Shown: positions 26,346 to 37,285, numbered from the stretch's first letter. The stretch: DNA of 64,000 nucleotides from an uncultured Gemmatimonadales bacterium (GCA_963701965.1 OY969695.1:4992001-5056000), one strand, 5' to 3'. The notes: generated by a model from the letters alone, not told the origin. Made by a program: numbers and translations.

Positions 26346-27740
26346 ATGACCGTCTCGCCGGGGATCTTCCGGTCTTACGATGTGCGGGGCATCGTCGGGC
26401 AAGATCTGACGGCCGAGGCCGCCGGTGCAGTGGGGCGTTCGTACGCCGCCCTCCTCGCGGAACGCGGCATCACCGGCGCCGTCGCCGTCGGACGGGACAA
26501 CCGGCCCAGCGGTCCGATGCTGCGCAATGCCCTGGTGTCGGCGCTCACCGTGTCCGGCGTCGACGTGGTCGACATTGGCGTCGTGCCCACGCCGCTCCTC
26601 TATTGGGCACTGCACCACGAGTCGGTGGTTGGCGGCATCCAGATCACCGGATCGCACAATCCGCCCGAATACAACGGGTTCAAGTTGTCGCTGGGCACCG
26701 GGTCGTTGCATGGCGACGCCATCCAGCACCTCTACGGACTGGCGCGTGACGGTGTGTCGCTGCGCGCCGATCGGCCCGGCACCGTGCGCCACGCGCAAGT
26801 CATCGACCGGTACGTCGACGACATCGTCGAGCGCATCGGTCCGCTCCCCCGCCGTCTCAAAGTCGTGTTTGATTGCGGCAACGGCGCCGGCGCTCTCGTC
26901 GCCGGTAAACTCTTCGGGAAGCTCGGCGTCGACGCATCGTATCTGTTTTGCGTCAGCGACGGCACGTTCCCGAACCACCATCCCGATCCGACGGTCGTCG
27001 AGAACCTCCACGACATCATTCGGGAGGTGAAGGCGCAAAAGGCCGATCTCGGCATCGCGTTCGACGGCGACGCCGACCGCATCGGGGTCATCGACGCCCG
27101 GGGCGAGATCATCTGGGGCGACCACGTGCTGATCGTGTACGCGTGGGACGCCCTGCGGCGCACGGGCACTGGCCAGCCGATCATCTTCGACGTGAAGTGC
27201 TCGCAAGCGCTCCCCATGGCCGTCGCCGCGGCCGGCGGGGTGCCGGTCATGTGGAAGACGGGGCACTCGCTGATCAAAGAGAAGATGAAGGAGATGCACG
27301 GCCCCGTGGCCGGCGAGATGTCGGGGCACATGTTCTTCACCGAGGGATTCTACGGGCACGACGACGCGCTCTATGGCGCCGCGCGGTTGATCCGTATCGT
27401 GGCCGAGGCGGGTCGTCCGCTCGACGCCATGCTGTCGACGGTGCCCAAGTTCGTGTCGACGCCCGAGCTCCGCGTCGACTGTCCCGATGATCGGAAATTC
27501 GCGCTCGTCAATGAAGCGGTGGCCCACTACAAGATCCGGCACGACGTCGTGGACGTCGACGGCGCGCGCGTGCTGTTCGGGGACGGGTGGGGGCTGATTC
27601 GCGCCTCCAACACCCAACCGATCCTCGTGCTGCGCTTCGAGGCCAATTCGCCGGAGCGGTTGGCGGCCATCCGGGCGGACATGGAGGGGATGGCTCAGCC
27701 AGCGCGGCGTGCGCGTTCCCGCGTCTTAGGATACACGTGA
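26346..27740 (+). CDS. Phosphomannomutase/phosphoglucomutase (a probable extra G near 27688 would place the true end at 27729)
   Basis: FRSYDVRG, ITGSHNP (phospho-Ser), FDGDADR, GEMSGH, RASNTQP. Confidence 0.95.
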   Translation: MTVSPGIFRSYDVRGIVGQDLTAEAAGAVGRSYAALLAERGITGAVAVGRDNRPSGPMLRNALVSALTVSGVDVVDIGVVPTPLLYWALHHESVVGGIQITGSHNPPEYNGFKLSLGTGSLHGDAIQHLYGLARDGVSLRADRPGTVRHAQVIDRYVDDIVERIGPLPRRLKVVFDCGNGAGALVAGKLFGKLGVDASYLFCVSDGTFPNHHPDPTVVENLHDIIREVKAQKADLGIAFDGDADRIGVIDARGEIIWGDHVLIVYAWDALRRTGTGQPIIFDVKCSQALPMAVAAAGGVPVMWKTGHSLIKEKMKEMHGPVAGEMSGHMFFTEGFYGHDDALYGAARLIRIVAEAGRPLDAMLSTVPKFVSTPELRVDCPDDRKFALVNEAVAHYKIRHDVVDVDGARVLFGDGWGLIRASNTQPILVLRFEANSPERLAAIRADMEGMAQPARRARSRVLGYT

Positions 27741-30226
27741 CGCGCCGGCGCCTGGGGTTCCTCGCGGTCGTCACCCTCGCCGGCTTGTTGATCACTGGCC
27801 GGATCGCCGCCGGCCTGTTCGTCCAGTACGAGTGGTTCGATGCCCTCGCCGCGCGCGACGTGTGGATGGCGAAAATCGGCAACGACCTGCTGCTGCGGGC
27901 CGCGACAGCGGCGCTGGCGGCGCTTTTCGCGCTGGGCAACCTCTACGCCGTGCGCCGCTCCATTGTGTCGGTCGTGTTGCCACGCCGGCTCGGCGACCTG
28001 GAGATCGGCGAAGAAGTGCCCGGCCGCTACCTGAACGGCGCGGTCGTCGTTCTGTCGATCGCCTTGGGCCTCCTGCTGGCGATCCCCCAGCATGGATGGA
28101 TCGAGCTGGCGCTGGCCCGCCACGGCGTGCCGTTTGGCGAGACCGATCCCTATTTCGCCCGGGACCTGGGGTTCTTCGTGTACTGGCTGCCGCTCGAGGC
28201 CGAGTTGTACCTGCGCGCGCTGTGGGTGCTGGCCGCGGTGACCGTGGTGGTGATCGTGCTGTACTTCTTCTTCACGCCCGGTCTGCGCTACGAGAAGTCG
28301 CGGCTCACGATGTCGGCCCACGTGCGCCAGCACGTCGCTGTCCTCGCTCTCTTCGCGTTCGGCGCGCTGGCCTGGAGCTACCGGCTGGACATGTACGGCG
28401 CCCTGAGCAGCGGGCGCGGCCCGTTGGGGGCGTTCTCGTACGCGGACAAAGCCGCGGTCATCCCCATCAATCTCGTCCTGTCGTTCGTGACGCTGGCCGC
28501 CGGCGTCGCCATTACCATCACCCTCTGGCGCAACCAACGGCGCCCGGCGCTCGCGTTGGTCACGCTCGTGCTCATCGTGCCGTTCATCGCCTTTCGCGTG
28601 GGGCCCAAGCTCGCGCAGCGATTCAGCGCCGAACGCGATCCCGCGGTGCGCGAGCGCCCCTACCTGTCGATCCGCGCCATCTACACGAGCCAGGCCTTTG
28701 GCGCCGACTCGGCCCACCTGCCGGACACGTTCCTCGCCCTCGCCAGCCAGGCCGACCTGGCGCACAACGTCTCGGTGTGGGACCCGGCGGCCATCGTGCA
28801 GTCGCTCGCCCGGGCGCGGCGCGGCGCCACGGTATTCGACAACGTCGCCTGGCACCTGTCGCCGGCCGGGCCGGTGGCGACCGCCGTGGAGCGACTCCAG
28901 GGGGCCACGCAATGGACGGCGATCAGCGTGCTGGCCACCGTGCCGGACGACCGCGGCGCCATCCTGCGCGTCGACGCGCTCGGGCGCCCGGACCAGACCG
29001 ACGTCACGCTGCCCCCGGCTTTGATCGTCGATGGCGCTGGATCGGACACCGTCATCGCCGACTCCGCGGGCGTCATAGCGGCGCCGAGCGTGGACGGATG
29101 GCTGACGCGCGTCGCGCACGCCTGGAGCGCGCAGAACCTGCGCCTCCTCTCCGACGACGCGCCGGACCGGGACGCACGCATCGTGAGCGTACGCGACGTG
29201 CGGGCCCGCCTCCGCGCCCTCACGCCATTTCTCGCGCAAGGATCGACCATCTGGCCCGCGGTCGAGGCCGACTCGCTGTGGTGGGTCGTCGATCTGTACG
29301 CGGCGTCCGACGACTACCCGCTCAGCCAGCATCTCCTGATCGGGGACGCGGAGCACAGTTATTTCCAGCACACCGCCACAGCGTTCGTGCACGCCTACAC
29401 CGGCCGCACCCTCCTCGTGCGCGACCGCGTACTGGATCCCATCGGCCAGACGTGGGTCAACGCCTTCGGCTCGTTGTTCACCACGTGGGACCGCATGCCG
29501 CCCGGTCTCGCCGCCCAGGCGCCGCCGCGCATCAATGCGGCGCTGGCCGCCGCCGCCAGCTATGGTCGCCGCTCAACGGAGCTCGGGGACGCGTCGGCGC
29601 CCATCCACGCCCTGTCGCTGCCAAATGCGGATACGGCGCTGGCCGGCGGTCAGAATGCTCCCGTGGCGTGCTTCGCGCTGCCGGCCGCGGGCAGTCCCTG
29701 CACCTGGTCCATCCCGCTGCTCGACGCGCAGGAGCGCGTCGCGGGGCTCATCGTCGCCACCGGCGGATTGCACCCGGCCGTGCGGCGATTCCGCACGGCC
29801 CGATCGCACGGACGGCGTTGGACGGACGTCGTCGACCGCTTGGACCGGGCGCCCGACTCGGCATCGGCGCCGCCAGGCGGCGCGCGCGTCATCGACGGGC
29901 GCATCCGCCCCGTGCCGTACCGGAGCGGCGTGGCGTTCGTCCAGCCGCAGTTCGATTGGCCGGCCAATGCGGCGCCCACGCTGGCCCGGGTGAAGGTCGT
30001 CACCGACGACACATCGGGGAGCGGGGTGACGCTGGCGCAGGCATTGGGTGTCGAGCCGCCCGCGCCGCGGCTCGCCACGCCTCCGGTGACCGCGGCGGAG
30101 TTTCACGCGCGCGTCGCCGGTCTGTACGACGCGATGCAGGCCGCGCTCAAGCGCGGCGACCTGACAACTTTTGGCGCCGAATTCAACGAGCTGGGACGCC
30201 TGCTCGGCCGGTCGCGAAATCCCTAG
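27737..30226 (+). CDS. UPF0182 family membrane protein
   Basis: N-terminal TM segments with EWF, FGETDPYFARDLGFFVYWLP, ERPYL...T.QAFG, WVVDLY...YP; C-terminal ALKRGDLTTFG. Confidence 0.85.
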   Translation: MTRRRLGFLAVVTLAGLLITGRIAAGLFVQYEWFDALAARDVWMAKIGNDLLLRAATAALAALFALGNLYAVRRSIVSVVLPRRLGDLEIGEEVPGRYLNGAVVVLSIALGLLLAIPQHGWIELALARHGVPFGETDPYFARDLGFFVYWLPLEAELYLRALWVLAAVTVVVIVLYFFFTPGLRYEKSRLTMSAHVRQHVAVLALFAFGALAWSYRLDMYGALSSGRGPLGAFSYADKAAVIPINLVLSFVTLAAGVAITITLWRNQRRPALALVTLVLIVPFIAFRVGPKLAQRFSAERDPAVRERPYLSIRAIYTSQAFGADSAHLPDTFLALASQADLAHNVSVWDPAAIVQSLARARRGATVFDNVAWHLSPAGPVATAVERLQGATQWTAISVLATVPDDRGAILRVDALGRPDQTDVTLPPALIVDGAGSDTVIADSAGVIAAPSVDGWLTRVAHAWSAQNLRLLSDDAPDRDARIVSVRDVRARLRALTPFLAQGSTIWPAVEADSLWWVVDLYAASDDYPLSQHLLIGDAEHSYFQHTATAFVHAYTGRTLLVRDRVLDPIGQTWVNAFGSLFTTWDRMPPGLAAQAPPRINAALAAAASYGRRSTELGDASAPIHALSLPNADTALAGGQNAPVACFALPAAGSPCTWSIPLLDAQERVAGLIVATGGLHPAVRRFRTARSHGRRWTDVVDRLDRAPDSASAPPGGARVIDGRIRPVPYRSGVAFVQPQFDWPANAAPTLARVKVVTDDTSGSGVTLAQALGVEPPAPRLATPPVTAAEFHARVAGLYDAMQAALKRGDLTTFGAEFNELGRLLGRSRNP

Positions 30227-30246
30227 CTCCCACCCATACTTCCCGC

Positions 30247-31398
30247 ATGAACATACACGAGTACCAGGCGAAGGAGATTCTTCGGGCGGCCGGCGTGCCG
30301 GTGCCGCCCGGCGAAGTCGCCACGACGCCTGAGCAAGCCGAATCCATCGCCCGCCAGTTCGGCGGAACCGTCGTCATCAAGGCCCAAGTGCACGCCGGCG
30401 GCCGCGGCAAAGCCGGCGGCGTCAAGCTCGCCAAGACACCGGCGGAAGCGCGCGACGTCGCGGCCCGCATCCTCGGCCTCGTGATCAAGGGCCTGCCGGT
30501 GCGCAAAGTCCTGGTGACGCCGGCCGCGGACATCGCGCACGAAGCATACGTCGGCCTCATCGTCGACCGGGCCTCCAAGCGCGTCGTCTATATGGTGAGT
30601 CCCGCCGGCGGCATCGACATCGAGGAAGTCGCCGCATCGACGCCGGAAAAGATTCGTCGTTTGCCGATCGATCCCCGGTATGGCCTGTTGCCATTCGAAG
30701 CGCTCTCCCTGGGCTTCTTTCTGTACCGCGACGCGCCACAGGCGCGCGCGGCGGCGCGCATCATGACGCAGATGTACCACGCGTTCATGAACAGCGGCGC
30801 GTCGCTGACGGAGATCAATCCGCTGGTGACGCAACCCGATGGGTCGCTCGTGGCGGTAAATGCCAAGATGGTGCTCGACGACAACGGTCTCGAGCGGCAT
30901 CCGGCGCTCGCCGCGCTGCGCGACGAAGATTCGGAAGATCCGAGCGAGACGGCCGCGCGGAAGGCCAACCTCACGTTCATCAAGCTCAATGGCAACGTGG
31001 GCTGCGTGGTCAACGGCGCCGGCTTGGCGATGGCGACGATGGATCTCGTGCAGTACTACGGCGGTCAGCCCGCGAACTTCCTGGACATTGGCGGATCGTC
31101 CAACCCGGAGAAGGTGATCAATGCCCTCCGGATCATTACGGCGGATCCCAAGGTCAAAGTCATTCTGTTCAACATCTTCGGTGGGATCACGCGCACCGAC
31201 GACGTCGCCAACGGCATCGTCCGCGCCTTGGATCAGTCTCCGCCGACCGTCCCACTGGTCATTCGCCTCACCGGAACCAACGAAGAAGACGCCGTGAAAA
31301 TTCTTGCTGCGCGTGGCCTGACGGCCATGACCGATATGGATGCCGCTGTGCGCGATGCCGTGGCGCTGGCGACGACGGCGTCGGGGGTGCCCGCGTGA
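30247..31398 (+). CDS. sucC: Succinyl-CoA synthetase beta subunit
   Basis: [46 protein letters not shown]. Confidence 0.97.
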   Translation: MNIHEYQAKEILRAAGVPVPPGEVATTPEQAESIARQFGGTVVIKAQVHAGGRGKAGGVKLAKTPAEARDVAARILGLVIKGLPVRKVLVTPAADIAHEAYVGLIVDRASKRVVYMVSPAGGIDIEEVAASTPEKIRRLPIDPRYGLLPFEALSLGFFLYRDAPQARAAARIMTQMYHAFMNSGASLTEINPLVTQPDGSLVAVNAKMVLDDNGLERHPALAALRDEDSEDPSETAARKANLTFIKLNGNVGCVVNGAGLAMATMDLVQYYGGQPANFLDIGGSSNPEKVINALRIITADPKVKVILFNIFGGITRTDDVANGIVRALDQSPPTVPLVIRLTGTNEEDAVKILAARGLTAMTDMDAAVRDAVALATTASGVPA

Positions 31399-32276
31399 GC
31401 ATTTTCATCGACTCCGGCACGCGACTCCTCGTCCAGGGCGTCACCGGACGCGACGGGTCGTTTCACACCCGGCAAGCCATCGAGTACGGCACAAAAGTCG
31501 TGGCCGGCGTCACGCCGGGGAAGGGCGGCACCTCGTTCGACGGCGTCCCGATATTCAACACGGTCGCCGAGGCGGTCTCCGCCACGCACGCCAACGCGTC
31601 GGTCATCTACGTGCCGCCGCTCTTCGCGGCGGACGCCATGATGGAAGCGGCCGCCGCGGGCATCCCGCTCATCGTGTGCATTACCGAAGGCGTGCCCGTG
31701 TTGGACATGATGCGGGTCGCCCCTTACGTGCGTGAGCACGGCGCGCGTCTCATCGGCCCGAACTGCCCCGGTCTCATCAGCCCGGGCGCGAGCAAGGTCG
31801 GCATCATACCGGGGCGCATCTGCACGCCGGGATCGATCGGTCTCGTGAGCCGCTCGGGGACGTTGACCTACGAAGTCGTGAATCAGCTGACGAACGCCGG
31901 GATGGGCCAGACGACGTGCGTCGGGATCGGTGGCGACCCGATCAACGGCACCAACTTCATCGACTGCCTGCTGGCGTTTCAGGCGGATCCGGCGACCGAA
32001 GCGATCGTAATGATCGGGGAGATCGGCGGCTCCGATGAGCAGGACGCGGCGGCCTACGTCGGCCGCAATGTCATGAAGCCGGTCGTCGGATTCATCGCCG
32101 GGCGCACGGCGCCGCCGGGACGCCGGATGGGGCACGCCGGCGCGATCGTCGGCGGAGCCGGGCAGACGGCCGCGGATAAAGTCATGGCGTTGCGGCAGGC
32201 TGGTATCCCCGTGGCCGACCGGCCCGTGGATGTCGTCGGTCTCCTGCGCGAGCGCCTCGCGGTCGCGGCGCGGTGA
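31395..32276 (+). CDS. sucD: Succinyl-CoA synthetase alpha subunit
   Basis: [32 protein letters not shown] (phospho-His). Confidence 0.97.
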   Translation: MSIFIDSGTRLLVQGVTGRDGSFHTRQAIEYGTKVVAGVTPGKGGTSFDGVPIFNTVAEAVSATHANASVIYVPPLFAADAMMEAAAAGIPLIVCITEGVPVLDMMRVAPYVREHGARLIGPNCPGLISPGASKVGIIPGRICTPGSIGLVSRSGTLTYEVVNQLTNAGMGQTTCVGIGGDPINGTNFIDCLLAFQADPATEAIVMIGEIGGSDEQDAAAYVGRNVMKPVVGFIAGRTAPPGRRMGHAGAIVGGAGQTAADKVMALRQAGIPVADRPVDVVGLLRERLAVAAR

Positions 32277-33154
32277 CACTGGCGGACTTGCTGCGAGCGG
32301 ACTGCGTCGTCGTTCCGCTCGCGGCAACCACGGTGGAGGGCGCGGCCCGCGAGCTCCTGGCGCGGTTGGAGGCGGCCGGCCGGATTACCGACGCCGCGAA
32401 GATGCGCGACCGCATCGAAGAGGATCGACCCGAGGACATTGTCGCAATGGGCGACCGGGCGTTCCTGCTCCACTATCGGACAAATGCCTCGACGACGCTC
32501 ACCGTCGCGTTCGGGACGGCGGAACGCCCGATTTGTCGGGAGCTGTCCGACGGGGACCGGCAATGCGCGCGCGTCATGCTCCTCGTGGCGGCCCCTCCGC
32601 GCTTGGCGGCGCGGTATCTCCAGGTCGTGGGCGCGTTCGCCCGGTTTCTGTCGAGCGCCGAGCGCGTCGATGCCGTGTTGGCGCAGCCGACCGCCGAGGC
32701 GCTCGTGGCGCTCGACGAGCTGCGCGAGTATGCGCTCCCCGCCCAGCTCACCGTTCGCGAGATGATGACCGATCGGCCCTACACGACGCACCCCGACACG
32801 CCAATGCGCGAGGCGGCCCGGGAGATGGTGCGGTGGCGCGTCGGCGCCCTCCCGGTCGTGGAAACGGACGGTCGTCTGGTGGGGATGTTGAGCTCGCGGG
32901 ATCTCGTCCGCGACCTTCTCGGCAGCTACCTGCAGGGCGGCGGGGAGCGGCCGACGCCCACGCGGACCGGGCGGCGCACCGTCCGCGACGTCATGACCCG
33001 TCAGGTCCTGTGTGTCTCGCCGGACGAGCCGCTGGCCGAGGTGGCGTCCCTCATGACCAACAAGGACGTCGAGCGGGTGCCGGTAGTACACGACGGACGG
33101 CTCGTCGGTTTTCTTACGCGCGGCGACATTGTGCGCCGATTGATCGGCTCTTAA
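32273..33154 (+). CDS. PTS EIIA-like domain plus CBS-pair protein
   Basis: N-half resembles EIIA type-2 (AFLLHYRT at the AIPHxR position, VAFG); C-half has two CBS motifs (TVREMMT...GALPVV...GML, TVRDVMT...RVPVV...GFLTRGDI). Confidence 0.75.
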   Translation: MTLADLLRADCVVVPLAATTVEGAARELLARLEAAGRITDAAKMRDRIEEDRPEDIVAMGDRAFLLHYRTNASTTLTVAFGTAERPICRELSDGDRQCARVMLLVAAPPRLAARYLQVVGAFARFLSSAERVDAVLAQPTAEALVALDELREYALPAQLTVREMMTDRPYTTHPDTPMREAAREMVRWRVGALPVVETDGRLVGMLSSRDLVRDLLGSYLQGGGERPTPTRTGRRTVRDVMTRQVLCVSPDEPLAEVASLMTNKDVERVPVVHDGRLVGFLTRGDIVRRLIGS

Positions 33155-33164
33155 GAGGGGAATG

Positions 33165-33198
33165 CACGCTATGAGCACCACGCTATGAGCACCACGCT
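33165..33198. repeat. 14-bp tandem duplication spanning the ndk start
   Basis: CACGCTATGAGCAC x2 followed by CACGCT. Confidence 0.9.
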
Positions 33199-33607
33199 GG
33201 CCATCATCAAGCCGGACGCCTTTGGCGCGTCCAAGACCGGACTCATTCTGGCCCTGCTGGAGAAGGCCGGATTTCGCATCCGGGCGACGCGCGTTCTGCA
33301 TCTCACGGCCGCGCAGGCGGGCGCGTTTTACGCGGTGCACCGCGAGCGGCCGTTCTATCAGTCGTTGGTGAAGTTCATGACGTCGGGGCCCTCCATGCCC
33401 GTCCTGCTGGAGCGGGCCGACGCGGTGACGACCCTGCGGAGCACGATCGGGGCGACCGATCCCGCGCAGGCCGAGCCGGGCACGGTGCGTAAGCTTTACG
33501 CGGAGTCCAAGGAACGGAACGCGATCCATGCGTCCGACTCCGACGCCAACGCCGCGGCGGAGATCGCATTTTTCTTCGCGGCGGGGGATGTGGTCGGCCT
33601 ACCGTAA
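33185..33607 (+). CDS. ndk: Nucleoside-diphosphate kinase
   Basis: TLAIIKPDA, FYAVHRERPF, GATDP, NAIHASDS (phospho-His). Confidence 0.97.
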   Translation: MSTTLAIIKPDAFGASKTGLILALLEKAGFRIRATRVLHLTAAQAGAFYAVHRERPFYQSLVKFMTSGPSMPVLLERADAVTTLRSTIGATDPAQAEPGTVRKLYAESKERNAIHASDSDANAAAEIAFFFAAGDVVGLP

Positions 33608-33636
33608 GTCCGTCGGAGGCCGTATCTTAGTTGGTT

Positions 33637-34152
33637 ATGTTGGTGCTCGATCTTCGTTCGCTTGCGACGGCCGCCGTCACGGTGGACGACGTGCTGCCGT
33701 CTGCCGATCCCGTGTGGCAGGAGCAGGACGCCGTGCCTAAAGATGGCGTCCGCGTGACCGGGCGGGTCTCCGCCGCCGGCGCCGCGCGGTACTACTTTAG
33801 CGGGCGCTTGTCGGGCGTGCTGCACGGGGAGTGCCGGCGGTGTTTGACGGACGTGGACGTTACGGTCGAGGAGCCCGCGCATTTTCTCTTCGGGGAAGCG
33901 GGCGCCGATGACCTCGATGACCCGGACGTGTTCGTGTTCGACCCGCGCGACTCGGGTCTCGATCTGCGACCCGCCGTCCGCGAGCAGTGGCTCCTGGCGG
34001 CGCCGGCATTCGTGGAATGTCGCGCGGATTGCCGGGGCCTCTGTCCCACGTGCGGGGCCGATCTCAACGCCGGCGCCTGCTCGTGCGAGCCGGCGGGCGA
34101 CAACCGGTGGACGGCGCTGCGCGCTGTCCGCTCTCACTTCGACAATCACTGA
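33637..34152 (+). CDS. YceD/DUF177 family protein
   Basis: ECRRCL and CRADCRGLCPTCGADLN motifs; directly upstream of rpmF. Confidence 0.9.
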   Translation: MLVLDLRSLATAAVTVDDVLPSADPVWQEQDAVPKDGVRVTGRVSAAGAARYYFSGRLSGVLHGECRRCLTDVDVTVEEPAHFLFGEAGADDLDDPDVFVFDPRDSGLDLRPAVREQWLLAAPAFVECRADCRGLCPTCGADLNAGACSCEPAGDNRWTALRAVRSHFDNH

Positions 34153-34164
34153 GTACTACCGATC

Positions 34165-34347
34165 ATGGCCGTTCCCAAGCGACGTACCTCCAAGCGGAAG
34201 AAGCGCGCGCGCAACACGCACAAAGCCGCGCCCGCGATCGTGCTGCAGGCGTGTCCGCGCTGCAACAGCATGAAGCGCCCGCATCATGTGTGTGAAGAGT
34301 GCGGGTATTACGCAGGTGAGCAGCGGGTCGTCGCCAAGGAAGCCTGA
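34165..34347 (+). CDS. rpmF: 50S ribosomal protein L32 (Zn-binding form)
   Basis: MAVPKRRTSK, CPRC, HHVCEECGYY. Confidence 0.97.
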   Translation: MAVPKRRTSKRKKRARNTHKAAPAIVLQACPRCNSMKRPHHVCEECGYYAGEQRVVAKEA

Positions 34348-34349
34348 GC

Positions 34350-35354
34350 TTGGCGCGCATCGCGTTGGATGCGATGGGCGGCGATCACGCGCCCCGGGCG
34401 ACGGTCGCCGGCGCGTTGATGGCGCTCGCCGAATTGCCGGAACCGCACGTCATCCAGCTCGTGGGGCGGTCGGCCGACATTGAGGCGGAGCTAGCGGCCC
34501 TCGAGGCCGATCGCGCGCGGCTGGAGATCGTCGAGGCGCCCGACGTCATCGCGATGACGGACAAGCCGGGTGTGGCGCTACGCAGCAAACGGAGCTCGAT
34601 GGTCGTGGGACTCGAGCTCCAGGCCCGTGGCGCGTCCGACGGGTTCGTGTCGGCCGGCAATACCGGCGCCCAGATGGCAGCGTCGATGCGCATCCTCAAG
34701 CTCATGCCCGGCCTCGAGCGGCCGGCGATCGGGACCGTGTTTCCGACGGCCCGGAGGCCCGTGCTCGTGCTCGACAGCGGCGCCAACGTCGACTGCTCCG
34801 CCGAAGAGCTGGTCCAGTTCGCGCGCCTTGGCGCCGTGTACGCCGAGGATCTGCTGGGGCGGTCCAATCCGGTGATCGGACTGTTGAGCATCGGCGAAGA
34901 GGACGAAAAAGGCAACACCGTTGTGAAGGAGGCCAACGCGCTGCTCCGGGCGTCGGGGCTCAACTTTCAGGGCAACATCGAAGGGCGCGATGTTCCGGAA
35001 GGCGCGAGCGAGCGTGGCCCGTTCGATGTCGCGGTGTGCGACGGGTTCGTCGGCAACGTCCTGCTCAAGTTCTACGAGTCACTCGCGCCCGTGGTGATGC
35101 GCATGGTCGCCGAGGGCCTCAAGCTCGATCTCGCGCAAGTGCGCAAAGGGTTCACGCAGCTCGATTACTCGGAGCACGGCGGCGCGCCGCTCCTCGGTGT
35201 CGAGGGTGTGAGTATCATCTCCCACGGCAAGTCGAATGACCGTGCGATCAAGAACGCCATTCGCGTCGCCGTGCGCGCGGTCGAGAGCCGCATGGCGGAG
35301 CATGCCAGTCGCCGGCTGACGGAGTCGATGGCGCGGAGCGGGACCCCCAGTTGA
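34350..35354 (+). CDS. plsX: Phosphate acyltransferase PlsX
   Basis: IALDAMGGDHAP, VSAGNTGA, DSGANVD, CDGFVGN, GGAPLLG, HGKS. Confidence 0.96.
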   Translation: MARIALDAMGGDHAPRATVAGALMALAELPEPHVIQLVGRSADIEAELAALEADRARLEIVEAPDVIAMTDKPGVALRSKRSSMVVGLELQARGASDGFVSAGNTGAQMAASMRILKLMPGLERPAIGTVFPTARRPVLVLDSGANVDCSAEELVQFARLGAVYAEDLLGRSNPVIGLLSIGEEDEKGNTVVKEANALLRASGLNFQGNIEGRDVPEGASERGPFDVAVCDGFVGNVLLKFYESLAPVVMRMVAEGLKLDLAQVRKGFTQLDYSEHGGAPLLGVEGVSIISHGKSNDRAIKNAIRVAVRAVESRMAEHASRRLTESMARSGTPS

Positions 35355-36340
35355 AGCGTCCGATCGCGTATCTCGCCGGCACCGGCCGCGGCCTCCCGGC
35401 GCACGTGATGACCAACCACGAGTTTGCCGCGCTGGGCATCGACACGTCGCACGAGTGGATTGTCGAACGGTCGGGGATTGTGCAGCGGCACATCGCGCGC
35501 GACGGCGAGTCGACGTGCTCGATGGCTGTCGCCGCGGCCCAGTCGGCCATGCAGCGCGCCGGAGTCATGCCCGGCGAGTTGGACGCGATCATCCTGAGCA
35601 CGGCGACACCCGACCGCCTCCTGCCGTCCACGGCGGTCGAGGTGCAGGCGGCCCTTGGCGCCTCGCGGGCCGCGGCGTTCGACGTGTCCGCGGCGTGCTC
35701 CGGATGGCTCTATGGTCTCACGGTCGCCGAGGGACTCATCGCCGCCGGATCGGCCGAGACGATCCTCGTCATCGGATCGGAGAAGATGAGCGCCATTCTG
35801 GACTGGACCGATCGCAGCACGTGCGTCCTGTTCGGCGATGGCGCGGGCGCGGCGATCGTCAAGCGGTCCAAAGCCCACAAAGGCATCCTGTCGTCGTTCG
35901 TACGGAGCGATGGGACGCTGGCCGACCTGTTGCACCGGCCCAATGGCGGCGCCAACCGCCCGTTGTCCGAAGACGTGCTCCGCGACCGCACCCATTTCGT
36001 GAAGATGCAGGGACGCGAGGTCTTCAAGTACGCCGTCCGCTCGATGGCCGAGGCGGCCGACCGGGCGCTCGATGGCGCGCGGCTCACGGGACACGACATC
36101 GACCTGTTCGTGCCGCACCAGGCCAACGTCCGGATCATCGAGGCGACGGCCAAGCACGCGAATATTCCGCTGCAAAAGGTCTTCATCAACGTCGACCGGT
36201 ACGGCAACACGTCATCGGCGACGATTCCGATCGCGCTCGATGAGGCCATCGAGTGCGGGCGCATCCACGAGGGGTCGACCGTGCTGTTCGTGGCGTTTGG
36301 CGCGGGGCTCACTTGGGGCTCCATGGTCGTCCGCTTCTAA
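35351..36340 (+). CDS. fabH: Beta-ketoacyl-ACP synthase III
   Basis: AACSG, LFGDGAGA, PHQANVRI, YGNTSSA. Confidence 0.96.
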   Translation: MKRPIAYLAGTGRGLPAHVMTNHEFAALGIDTSHEWIVERSGIVQRHIARDGESTCSMAVAAAQSAMQRAGVMPGELDAIILSTATPDRLLPSTAVEVQAALGASRAAAFDVSAACSGWLYGLTVAEGLIAAGSAETILVIGSEKMSAILDWTDRSTCVLFGDGAGAAIVKRSKAHKGILSSFVRSDGTLADLLHRPNGGANRPLSEDVLRDRTHFVKMQGREVFKYAVRSMAEAADRALDGARLTGHDIDLFVPHQANVRIIEATAKHANIPLQKVFINVDRYGNTSSATIPIALDEAIECGRIHEGSTVLFVAFGAGLTWGSMVVRF

Positions 36341-36343
36341 CCG

Positions 36344-37285
36344 ATGGACCTGGTCCTCCTCTTTCCCGGCCAGGGATCGCAGAAGCCGGGCATGGGCCGC
36401 GATCTCGCCGAGGCGTTCCCCGCGGCCCGCGACGTCTTCTCCAGCGTCGACTCGGCGCTGGGCGTCGCCTTGAGCCGACTCGCCTTCGACGGCCCGGCCG
36501 ACGAGCTGACCATGACGCACAACGCCCAGCCGGCGCTCCTGGCCCACAGCGCCGCGGCGTGGGCGGTGATTGGCCCTGCGCTGGCAGCCAATGTCCGCGC
36601 GGCCGCCGGCCACTCGCTGGGCGAGTTCACGGCCTACCACGCGGCGGGCGCGCTCTCCCTCGACCGCGCCGTCCGGCTCGTGCGGCGTCGTGGCGAGCTG
36701 ATGCGTGACGCCGGCGACACCCGGCCCGGAGCAATGGCGGCGATCCTCGGCGATCTTACGGAGCCGTTGGAGACCCTCTGTCTTCAGGCCAGTGCCGAAG
36801 CGGGTGCAGTCGTTCCTGCCAACTACAACGCCCCGGAGCAGACCGTGATCTCGGGAGAAGTCGCGGGCGTCGAACGCGCGATGGTGCTGGCGAAAGAGCG
36901 CGGTGCGAAGCGCGCGCTGCGCCTGCCGGTGAGCGGCGCATTTCACTCGCCCCTGATGGCGCCGTCGGCGCCGGGGCTCTCGTCGGCATTGGCTGCCGCG
37001 GGGTTCGCGGACGCCCGCTTGCCAATCTACGCGAACGTAGACGCCCAACCGTCGACCAGTGCGGCAGTTGCCCAGGAGAAACTCCTCCGCCAGCTCACGT
37101 CTCCCGTGCGCTGGGTCGATGTCGTGCGGGCGCTCGCGTCGGCGTTTCCGTCGGCACTCTTTCTCGAGGTCGGCACCGGCGCCGTCCTCACGGGACTCGT
37201 GAAGCGCATCGCGCCGGCCGTCGCCACGGCGACGTGCGGCACGGCCGCCGAAGTCGACGCGGTCCTCGGCCGGGCCGCGGCATGA
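36344..37285 (+). CDS. fabD: Malonyl-CoA:ACP transacylase
   Basis: FPGQGSQ, GHSLGE, VSGAFHS, SPVRW. Confidence 0.96.
   Translation: MDLVLLFPGQGSQKPGMGRDLAEAFPAARDVFSSVDSALGVALSRLAFDGPADELTMTHNAQPALLAHSAAAWAVIGPALAANVRAAAGHSLGEFTAYHAAGALSLDRAVRLVRRRGELMRDAGDTRPGAMAAILGDLTEPLETLCLQASAEAGAVVPANYNAPEQTVISGEVAGVERAMVLAKERGAKRALRLPVSGAFHSPLMAPSAPGLSSALAAAGFADARLPIYANVDAQPSTSAAVAQEKLLRQLTSPVRWVDVVRALASAFPSALFLEVGTGAVLTGLVKRIAPAVATATCGTAAEVDAVLGRAAA

Noticed and set aside
27832..31398. 1188-aa ORF ending in SucC
   Set aside because: The first ~800 codons are an Arg/Ala-rich shadow frame over the UPF0182 gene; SucC starts at MNIHEYQ (30247).
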